Source: Mycolicibacterium smegmatis
Lineage (GTDB): Bacteria > Actinomycetota > Actinomycetes > Mycobacteriales > Mycobacteriaceae
Direction: 5' to 3'
DNA length: 32,000 nucleotides
Assembly (NCBI RefSeq): GCF_001457595.1
Contig: NZ_LN831039.1
Location: 2,910,001 to 2,942,000, forward strand
The position numbers and the translations under genes are program-made. Positions 18,956-25,483 of this stretch are shown here, piece after piece. The notes below the pieces were generated by a model. That model was not told where the DNA came from and made no database searches. It worked only from the letters and a program-made list of their open reading frames with translations. Numbering within the stretch: position 1 is the first letter of the stretch; every line of letters starts with the position of its first letter.

Positions 18956-19870
18956 TCAGCGGGCCGCGGCGATGTGGCCGAGCAGGTCGCGCACCGCGCC
19001 GGCGGGCGGCGTGCGGGTGCCCGACCAGACGGCCCGCAGATCGCGACGCAGATCCAGCCCGGCCACCGGGACCGCGCGCAGCCGGCCCAGGGTCAGGTCG
19101 TCCTCGACCGCCAGCCGGCTCATCACCGCAGGTCCGGCGCCCGCCGCGACGGCCGCCCGCATCGCCGCCGCCGAGGACAGTTCGATCGCGGGCGCGGCCT
19201 GCGTCGTGTCGCCGAGTGCCCGACGCAGCGCGGTGCTCAGGGCTTCGCGGGTGCCGGAGCCGGCCTCCCGCGACACCAGGGGTGTGTCGTTGAGTTCGGC
19301 CGGTCCGATCGGCGTCGACCGGCGGTCCCACTTGTGCCCGGGCGGCACCACCACGATCAACTCGTCACGGGCAACCACCCGGGTATGCAAACCTCTTGGT
19401 GTACCCGGTGATTCGATGAAGCCCAGCTCGGCGGAGCCGTCGCGCACCGCGCCGATCACGTCTTCGCTGTTGGCCGCGGTCAGGATCACCTCGGGCGTGG
19501 GAACCCCGCGTCGCCGCGCGTCGGCATGCAACGACACCAGCCAGCGCGGCATGAGTTGCTCGGCGATGGTCAGGCTCGCCGCGACGGTCAGCCGTGTATG
19601 GCTCTCGCTGCGCAGCGCGGCCAGTCCCGCGTCGACGCGTTGGGCGACCTCGAGTAGCTGATCGGCCCACTCGGCGACCACCACGCCGGCCTGCGTCAGC
19701 TGTGAACCGCGACTGCTGCGCTGTACCAGGCGCACGCCGGTCTGCGCCTCGATCGAGGCCAGCCGGGCCGACACCGCCTGCTGCGTCAGCCCGAGTTCGC
19801 GGCCCGCCGCGCCCAGGCTGCCGGTGCGGGCGATCGCCAGCAGCACGTCGAACGCGGCCAGCTCGGGCAT
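18956..19870 (-). CDS. LysR-family transcriptional regulator
   Basis: Start taken at ATG 19870 (MPELAAFDVLLAIARTGSLGAAGRELGLTQQAVSARLASIE, the canonical LTTR HTH). ATG 19888 and 19912 are alternatives. Confidence 0.85.
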   Translation of the reverse strand: MPELAAFDVLLAIARTGSLGAAGRELGLTQQAVSARLASIEAQTGVRLVQRSSRGSQLTQAGVVVAEWADQLLEVAQRVDAGLAALRSESHTRLTVAASLTIAEQLMPRWLVSLHADARRRGVPTPEVILTAANSEDVIGAVRDGSAELGFIESPGTPRGLHTRVVARDELIVVVPPGHKWDRRSTPIGPAELNDTPLVSREAGSGTREALSTALRRALGDTTQAAPAIELSSAAAMRAAVAAGAGPAVMSRLAVEDDLTLGRLRAVPVAGLDLRRDLRAVWSGTRTPPAGAVRDLLGHIAAAR

Positions 19871-19908
19871 GCGTGAACTCAGCGGCATGCTGCGGATCGT
19901 AACGCCGG

Positions 19909-19927
19909 TCACAATCCCGGCTTGTGA
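19909..19927. promoter_or_regulatory. LTTR-type dyad TCACAA-N7-TTGTGA (fits T-N11-A)
   Basis: Perfect 6-bp inverted repeat with a 7-bp spacer in the LysR/DAHP-synthase divergent region. It is centred about 66 bp upstream of the proposed TSS at 19984 and about 48 bp upstream of the LysR start. Confidence 0.4.
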
Positions 19928-19971
19928 ACGTGGGTCTGCGGGGGCGATTTCAGGTCTTTGCGATCGTCGTG

Positions 19972-19977
19972 TAACCT
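19972..19977 (+). promoter_or_regulatory. candidate -10 hexamer TAACCT (TANNNT)
   Basis: The hexamer ends 6 nt before GTG 19984, which is the geometry expected for a mycobacterial leaderless transcript. No experimental support is available here. Confidence 0.35.
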
Positions 19978-19983
19978 GGCCGC

Positions 19984-20025
19984 GTGACTATCGGTGTGTG
20001 CGCCTCGTATTGGCGCTTTATCTAG
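19984..20025 (+). CDS. putative leaderless 13-codon leader peptide V/M-T-I-G-V-C-A-S-Y-W-R-F-I
   Basis: GTG ACT ATC GGT GTG TGC GCC TCG TAT TGG CGC TTT ATC TAG. The Tyr, Trp and Phe codons (20008-20019) overlap the 5' arm of the following hairpin. Purely predictive. Confidence 0.3.
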   Translation: MTIGVCASYWRFI

Positions 20026-20050
20026 GCTCCGGGCGGAGCCGATAAAGCGC
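20013..20050 (+). promoter_or_regulatory. long leader hairpin: GCGCTTTATC-TA-GGCTCC-GGGC-GGAGCC-GATAAAGCGC
   Basis: 16 of 16 arm positions pair (10-bp outer stem plus 6-bp inner stem). GGCTCCGG (20025-20032) can alternatively pair with CCGGAGCC (20071-20078). Confidence 0.5.
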
Positions 20051-20080
20051 AGCATCAAGCACGCATCCACCCGGAGCCCA

Positions 20081-20114
20081 AGGCAGCTGACCATCGGTCG
20101 CTGCCTTTCGTCGT
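20081..20114 (+). terminator. terminator/attenuator-like stem-loop about 50 nt upstream of the DAHP synthase start
   Basis: AGGCAGC-T-GACC-ATC-GGTC-GCTGCCT (11 bp with one bulge), followed by TTCGTCGT, a weak U-tract. Confidence 0.4.
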
Positions 20115-20164
20115 AAAAGGGCGCCGGACGCAGCAGGTGCCCACCATCCAAGGAAGGCACCTCA

Positions 20165-21217
20165 ATGAATCTGGCGCAGATCGCCAACCCGCCCGCGACG
20201 TCGGATCGGCGTATCCGCAGCTTCAGCGCGATCCCCAGCCCGCACGACGTGCTCACCGAATTCCCGCTGGGTGCCCGTCGCGCCGAGCGTGTGGCCGCCG
20301 ACCGCGACGAGGTCGCCGACATCCTCGCAGGCCGCGACAACCGGCTGCTGGTCGTGGTGGGCCCGTGCTCGGTGCACGACCCGGCCGCCGCGCTCGAATA
20401 CGCGAGCCGTCTGGTCAAGGTGGCCGAGGAGCTCAAGGACACCGTCAAGATCGTGATGCGGGTGTATTTCGAGAAGCCGCGCACCACGATCGGCTGGAAG
20501 GGCCTGATCAACGATCCGGGCATGGACGGCACGTTCGACGTCGCGCGCGGTCTGCGCATCGCACGTCAACTGCTGCTCGACATCATCGACATCGGTCTGC
20601 CGGTCGGGTGTGAGTTCCTGGAGCCCACCAGCCCGCAGTACATCGCCGACGCCGTCGCGTGGGGCGCGATCGGTGCCCGCACCACCGAGTCGCAGGTGCA
20701 CCGTCAGCTGGCCTCGGGCCTGTCGATGCCGGTGGGCTTCAAGAACGGCACCGACGGCAACGTCCAGGTCGCCGTGGACGGCGCGAAATCCGCCGCGGCC
20801 GAGCACGTGTTCTTCGGCATGGACGACATGGGCCGCGGCGCCGTGGTGAGCACCGCCGGCAACGAGGACTGCCACGTGATCCTGCGCGGCGGCACCCGGG
20901 GACCCAATTACGACGCCGAGTCGGTGCGGGCCGCCGCCGCCAAGCTGGCCAAGGCGGGACTGCCCGGTCGCGTCGTGATCGATTGCAGCCACGCCAATTC
21001 CGGCAAGGACCACATCCGCCAGGCCGTCGTCGCGACCGAGGTCGCCCAGATGGTGCGTGACGGTCAGCCGATCAGCGGTGTGATGCTGGAGAGCTTCCTC
21101 GTCGGTGGTGCGCAGAGCCCGGACGCAGAGACGCTGACCTACGGCCAGTCCGTCACCGACAAGTGCATGGATTGGGACGCAACCGATCTCGTGCTGCGCG
21201 AGCTCGCCCGGCGTTAG
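20165..21217 (+). CDS. 3-deoxy-7-phosphoheptulonate (DAHP) synthase, class I alpha (E. coli AroF/G/H type)
   Basis: 350 aa, collinear by eye with E. coli AroG: LLVVVGPCSVHD, VMRVYFEKPRTTIGWKGLINDP, WGAIGARTTESQVHRQLASGLSMPVGFKNGTDG, DCSHANS. SD AAGGAAGG lies 7 nt upstream of the ATG. Isozyme feedback specificity cannot be inferred. Confidence 0.9.
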   Translation: MNLAQIANPPATSDRRIRSFSAIPSPHDVLTEFPLGARRAERVAADRDEVADILAGRDNRLLVVVGPCSVHDPAAALEYASRLVKVAEELKDTVKIVMRVYFEKPRTTIGWKGLINDPGMDGTFDVARGLRIARQLLLDIIDIGLPVGCEFLEPTSPQYIADAVAWGAIGARTTESQVHRQLASGLSMPVGFKNGTDGNVQVAVDGAKSAAAEHVFFGMDDMGRGAVVSTAGNEDCHVILRGGTRGPNYDAESVRAAAAKLAKAGLPGRVVIDCSHANSGKDHIRQAVVATEVAQMVRDGQPISGVMLESFLVGGAQSPDAETLTYGQSVTDKCMDWDATDLVLRELARR

Positions 21218-22026
21218 TTTCCGCTCGGCTGGGTGTATTTCGCGGAATTGGGGTCGAACCGCGGCTGCCGAGTGTGGTCGAGGTCGATCAGCACGTCGGC
21301 CCCTGTGGTTCCCGGCCTGTGGGTGACCACCATCGCGGTGCCCGCGCGTGGTACGCGGCGCGTGGTGGTCACCATGCTCGCCGTGACCCGTTGTGCGCCA
21401 TGCTCGGTGGGGAATTCGACGACCACGGTGAACACCGGCTTGCCGTCGATCCATCTGCTGAGGAACTTGACCTCGCGCAGGAACCCTGGTGTGCGGGTGC
21501 CGTATCGGCGCATCCAGCTGATCCACGCGTGACGCCTTTGTGTGTATCGGATTCCGCGCCAGGCGCTGAGCGTGACGATCGCGGCGATGACACCGCACGC
21601 CGCGGCGGCCAGGGCGACCCAGCCGCCGGTGGGCCCGCCGATCCATATCGCGGCGCCCAGGATTCCCAGTCCCGTGCCGGCCAAGGCCGGGACGGTGGCG
21701 ATGCGTTTGGCCGTCCAGCGTTGCCCGACAACCTTCGTGGCCTCGTCGGTGACGATGCCGGACACCAACAACGGCAGGAACGTGTAGAGGATGTACAGCA
21801 CGCCCAGCCACCAGATGAACTGGGATGTGTGCTGCCGTAACGAGTTGAAGAACAGCACGCCGCCCACACCTGCGGGGACGTACAGCAGACCGGAGACGAC
21901 GGCGAAAAACGTGAGCAGTGACGGTCCGAACGGCAGCGTGGTGATGCGGTCGCCTTTTTCGTGTGTCGAGAAGTGTGGCAGGTGCTCGTCCCACCCGGGG
22001 AGCTCGTCCACGGTCTCGTGGGCCAT
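21214..22026 (-). CDS. hypothetical membrane protein (about 4 TM plus a beta-rich C-terminal domain)
   Basis: 270 aa with a good SD (GAAGGGAG, 6 nt upstream of ATG 22026). The hydrophobic segments are plausible and there is no Arg/Pro junk. The stop overlaps the DAHP synthase stop by 3 nt (convergent). Confidence 0.7.
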   Translation of the reverse strand: MAHETVDELPGWDEHLPHFSTHEKGDRITTLPFGPSLLTFFAVVSGLLYVPAGVGGVLFFNSLRQHTSQFIWWLGVLYILYTFLPLLVSGIVTDEATKVVGQRWTAKRIATVPALAGTGLGILGAAIWIGGPTGGWVALAAAACGVIAAIVTLSAWRGIRYTQRRHAWISWMRRYGTRTPGFLREVKFLSRWIDGKPVFTVVVEFPTEHGAQRVTASMVTTTRRVPRAGTAMVVTHRPGTTGADVLIDLDHTRQPRFDPNSAKYTQPSGN

Positions 22027-22214
22027 CAGCGCTCCCTTCGTTCCGTGTTGCTGCGGGGAGCCTCCAGTATTGCCACGAGTTGTCCGGGTGGGCCGCGTGA
22101 GACAGGCCTGAAGGCGGGATTCTCACCAAAGGCTCACAGCTTCACCAGAACTCACCACAAGTCTTGTTCGTGGCGGTGCGGATCTCATGGTCTCTGCCGG
22201 CGGGGATCACTTCC

Positions 22215-22247
22215 GAAAGGCGATACCGTATGCGATATCGCCCTTTC
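22215..22247 (-). terminator. stem-loop downstream of the FMN reductase gene
   Basis: GAAAGGCGATA ... TATCGCC(C)TTTC gives an 11-bp stem with one bulged C and a 10-nt loop. It begins 14 nt beyond the stop at 22261 (minus-strand sense). No clear U-tract. Confidence 0.4.
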
Positions 22248-22260
22248 GCCCTTCGTGTCG

Positions 22261-22743
22261 TCAGGCCCCCTGGGGAACGAACTTGCGCGCGATCTGCAGC
22301 CAGCTCTCCAGTTCGGCAGCGGTCTCGTAGTCCGAGTCCAGCAGGTACAGGCTCGGGGCGGGCACGCTCGCGCCGATCTCGACCAGAACCGGCCGCAGCG
22401 TCAACTCGGGGGCCAGCGCGTGCGCCCACGAGCCGCCCAGCATCAAGGGGAACGTCGTGACCTGGCCCAACTCGCCCTGGCCGAACTGGTCCAGGAACAG
22501 CTTGAGCAGGCCGGTGTAGGTGGCCTTGTACGTCGGCGAGGCGACCACGAGGACGTCGGCGGCTTTCACGACGTTCTTGGCCTCGGCGACCTTCGGGTCT
22601 CCCCAGCCCAGCAGTCCGGCACCGAGGTCGACGACATCGATGACGTGCTCGGGCGCCGAGCCGGTCAGTTTCTCGACGACCAGCTCGGCGGCCGCGCGGG
22701 TGCGTGAGTTCGGCTTGGGGTTTCCTACGACGACGACGGCCAT
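22261..22743 (-). CDS. NAD(P)H-dependent FMN reductase family oxidoreductase
   Basis: Start at ATG 22743 (MAVVVVGNPKPNSRT...). The flavodoxin-like pattern VVASPTYKATYTGLLKLFLD is typical of the SsuE/MsuE-like family. Confidence 0.8.
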   Translation of the reverse strand: MAVVVVGNPKPNSRTRAAAELVVEKLTGSAPEHVIDVVDLGAGLLGWGDPKVAEAKNVVKAADVLVVASPTYKATYTGLLKLFLDQFGQGELGQVTTFPLMLGGSWAHALAPELTLRPVLVEIGASVPAPSLYLLDSDYETAAELESWLQIARKFVPQGA

Positions 22744-22951
22744 GTATGAGTCTCCGGTATCGGTCACGACGACAAGCGGGCCCGGTGCGGTGCCCGTGAC
22801 AGGGTAAACCGCGACGATGCGGTGCGCTTGCCGCTCGGCGGTGACAAGCGGTGGCCCGGCATGGCGATCCCCGGCACCGTGGCCGCGCCCCGAATATTTG
22901 CCGTGCCGTCAACATCAGTCGGCGTCCGTGACGGCCAGTAGGGTTCCTGGC

Positions 22952-23441
22952 GTGGTGGGCGAGTTCTTTCTGCGGTCTTTTGTGTCGGTGCTCTGGCTCT
23001 GGCCGGTGTTGCTGGTGGTGGCCGCGTCCGTTTGGCGTACCGAGGTCTTGATCGGCCGGGTGCTTTCCGGTCAGGCCGAGCTCAAGTCCTCTGTCGAACA
23101 GGCGCGCCACGAGGCGGCACGGGCGTATGACCTGGCCTCCGAGAAATCCTTCGTCGCCTGGGACGTGAAGCGCGTCGGGGATGACCGGATCCGCGTCGTC
23201 AACGTCGGCCGCGACGAGGCGCGGTCGGTGACGGTCACCGCGTCGAACTCCGACGGCGTGGCCGAACAGACGGTGAGCTCGGTGCCGGCGTCGCGCGGGG
23301 AGGACGACCGAACCCCGGGAGTGGCGGTGGAGCTGGCCGGCTCCGGTAGTGGAGAGGTGCGCGTCGAGATCACCTGGCGCTCGCCTCTGGGCCGGTGGAC
23401 CACGGAGCGGCAGATTCTCCACGGAGCGTCCGGCTCAGCGC
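22952..23441 (+). pseudogene. N-terminally membrane-anchored hypothetical protein whose 3' end appears displaced; the formal ORF runs on to a stop at 24263-24265
   Basis: GTG 22952 (VVGEFFLRSFVSVLWLWPVLLVVAASVW, then a beta-rich domain). About 85% G/C at third positions by hand count up to ~23440. Beyond that the same frame falls to 45/77 and the opposite strand carries the coding signal. The start is uncertain (22817-22955). Confidence 0.55.
23431..23441. repeat. left copy of 11-bp direct repeat CGGCTCAGCGC
   Basis: Exact match to 24268-24278. It contains the stop codon (TCA, minus strand) of the 101-aa ORF. Confidence 0.6.
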
Positions 23442-23740
23442 TTGGGTTTGAGCACCCACGCCGGGATCCAGTGCGTGACGTTCTTCGTCGTGGCGCCGTA
23501 CCGGATGGGGTAGGTGACCAGGCCCCACCACTGGCCCTGCTCGCACAACGCCCAGCAGGTCAGCTTGCCCTCGACGATCCGGTTCATCTGCAAGCCGCAG
23601 GGGTTGTAGCGGCCGTGGCAGTGCGGTTCGCGAGGGAACAGGGCGACGAGATCGACGAGAACGGCCGTCGGTGGCCGCACCACGCGGAAGATCTCCTGGA
23701 CAGGCTGCCCGCCGTAGCCGATCGCCTGCATGTCGCCCAT
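23435..23740 (-). CDS. small basic Cys-containing hypothetical protein (101 aa)
   Basis: Minus-strand third positions are G/C in 72 of 77 hand-counted codons. The composition is protein-like (W, Y, H, C present). Cys pattern C-x6-C ... C-x3-C. Net charge about +5. No family recognised. Confidence 0.65.
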   Translation of the reverse strand: MGDMQAIGYGGQPVQEIFRVVRPPTAVLVDLVALFPREPHCHGRYNPCGLQMNRIVEGKLTCWALCEQGQWWGLVTYPIRYGATTKNVTHWIPAWVLKPKR

Positions 23741-23774
23741 GCATCGATCATATGTTCGAATGGGTCGGCGCGGG

Positions 23775-24104
23775 TCACTGCCCGTCGATCGTCATCCTCA
23801 CGTGGTGCGCCAGGGGCCGGCAGATGTCGATGCTGTGCGCCACCGCGGCCGGATCGCTCCACGGCGGATCTACCGTGGCGGGGATCTCGGTGCCGGTCAG
23901 CACGGTCATCACCACCCACTGTGCCAGGCCGCGTGCATCATCCCAGCCGAGGCCGTCGAAGGCGGCCTCGGCGTCGAGGTCCATCGCGAGTTCCCGCAGG
24001 GCGGCATGGATGCCGGGCTGGGGGAGATGCTCGGCCCAGCGCACGATCACATCGAGGGCCGCGGTCCTGGTGTCCGTCGGGTGATCGGGAACCATGTATC
24101 CCAT
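23775..24104 (-). CDS. small acidic hypothetical protein (109 aa)
   Basis: Third positions are G/C-rich on the minus strand. ATG 24104 is preceded by TACCCT (TANNNT, plus-strand 24111-24116) with a 6-nt gap, which is leaderless geometry. 12 Asp, 4 Glu, 6 Arg, 0 Lys. The ORF-track start 24293 adds Arg/His-rich junk. Confidence 0.6.
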   Translation of the reverse strand: MGYMVPDHPTDTRTAALDVIVRWAEHLPQPGIHAALRELAMDLDAEAAFDGLGWDDARGLAQWVVMTVLTGTEIPATVDPPWSDPAAVAHSIDICRPLAHHVRMTIDGQ

Positions 24105-24267
24105 GTCGGCAGGGTAGTGCGGTGAAACCGCCAGGGCAACAAGGCAATACGTGCCCATCGATCGCCGGGTTTTGTTTTCTGAAGCGGCATCGTGGCGATG
24201 TGTTGGGCAGTAAGCTGAGTGGTTGCGCTTGGGGCCATGAGGGCGTCGGTGGTTTCGGGCAGTGACA

Positions 24268-24278
24268 CGGCTCAGCGC
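24268..24278. repeat. right copy of 11-bp direct repeat CGGCTCAGCGC
   Basis: Exact match to 23431-23441. The copies are offset by 837 bp (3 x 279). Confidence 0.6.
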
Positions 24279-24363
24279 GGTCCTCGCCGCCATCGCCTGT
24301 GCAGCTGTGCCCGTTGCGCTCGCCTGATCGGCGGGTAGCCTGGCATGGATTCAGGAGCTGTCT

Positions 24364-25473
24364 GTGACGGAGGGGCGTGTGCAGAGTGGTCCGGTTTCCG
24401 CGTCGCTTGAGCAGCGCGTCCTGTCCGTAGCACCGCAGCCGGTTTTCGTGGTGGATCACGAGGGCCGTGTGGTCTTCGCCAACAATGCCGCTGCGCGCGG
24501 GTTCGGCTATGACCATCCGGAAGACATGATCGGCCTGCCGAGCCATCAGACCTGGCATCACCGCCGCCCAGATGGCACCCCCATCCCCACAGACGAATGC
24601 CGCTTGTTGGCTGCGACGCGCGCCGGCGTGGCGGCACACGGCACCCATGAGTGGTTCGTGCGGGCCGACGGTTCGATGTTCCCGACAACGTGGTGGTGTG
24701 CACCGTTCGAGGTCGATGGCGACATCGGTGCGGTGTTCGCGTTCACTGATCTGACGGAGCGGCACGCTGCGGAGGAGGCCCGGCGAGCCCGTGACGCCGC
24801 CGAGATTCGTGCCGCCGAATCGCTGGCGGCGCAGCGGCGCATTCTCGAGGCCGCGACATCGGCGCGCAGGCAGATCGCCCGCGACCTACATGACGGTGCT
24901 CAGCAACGAATGCTCAATGTTCTGCTGGCGCTTCAGCTCACACGCGAACACGTGCCCTCCGAACTCGAAGCGCTCGACAGCATGCTGATGGACGCCATGG
25001 CCGAGGCTCGCCATGCGATCACCGAATTGCGGGACCTGGCGGCCGGTATACATCCCACGATCCTCAATACTCGCGGGCTTGTCCCGGCCCTGCGCTCGCT
25101 GAGCGCGCGGACGGCCGTGCCGACGAGCGTGACAGCGCACGACTACGGGGGTGCCGCCGCCGAGATCGAGTCGTGCGCCTATTTTGTGGTGGCCGAGGCC
25201 CTGACGAATGTCGTCAAGCACGCCTGCGCCACCGTCGTCGAAGTGGACGTCGACGGCGACGCAGACACTCTGCAGATCACGGTGCGAGACGACGGTTGCG
25301 GCGGAGCGACGCCCGGACGTGGTCTCGGCCTCGTCGGCATGGCTGACCGCGTCACCGCCATGGGCGGTGAACTGAGCATCACGTCACCGCCCCGTCGTGG
25401 CACGACGATATGTGTGCGGTTACCGCGACGCAGTGCGCCCGTACGCCCGTCTTCGTCTCTGCCGGCGTCGTGA
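24364..25473 (+). CDS. cytoplasmic PAS-domain sensor histidine kinase (HisKA_3 / NarX-DesK type)
   Basis: 369 aa with a GTG start and SD AGGAG at 24352-24356. PAS-like N-terminus (VFVVDHEGRVVFANNAAARGFGY). H-box RRQIARDLHDGAQQRM. HATPase motifs VVAEALTNVVKHA and GRGLGLVGMADRV. No TM segment. Confidence 0.85.
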   Translation: MTEGRVQSGPVSASLEQRVLSVAPQPVFVVDHEGRVVFANNAAARGFGYDHPEDMIGLPSHQTWHHRRPDGTPIPTDECRLLAATRAGVAAHGTHEWFVRADGSMFPTTWWCAPFEVDGDIGAVFAFTDLTERHAAEEARRARDAAEIRAAESLAAQRRILEAATSARRQIARDLHDGAQQRMLNVLLALQLTREHVPSELEALDSMLMDAMAEARHAITELRDLAAGIHPTILNTRGLVPALRSLSARTAVPTSVTAHDYGGAAAEIESCAYFVVAEALTNVVKHACATVVEVDVDGDADTLQITVRDDGCGGATPGRGLGLVGMADRVTAMGGELSITSPPRRGTTICVRLPRRSAPVRPSSSLPAS

Positions 25474-25483
25474 GGAGCTGAGC

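Noticed and set aside
19924-19974. Alternative 16-codon ORF (VNVGLRGRFQVFAIVV) in the DAHP synthase leader
   Set aside because: It has two Phe codons but no promoter or SD geometry. It overlaps the LTTR dyad and the proposed -10, and it is not coupled to any RNA structure.
20162-22129. 655-aa minus-strand ORF
   Set aside because: It is antisense to the DAHP synthase, out of frame with the membrane-protein gene, and Arg/His/Gly-rich.
23442-24265. Downstream two-thirds of the 482-aa plus ORF 22817..24265
   Set aside because: Third-position G/C falls to 45/77 in the hand-counted stretch, while the minus strand has 72/77. The translation becomes Arg/Pro/Ser junk. The two minus-strand small ORFs explain the region better.
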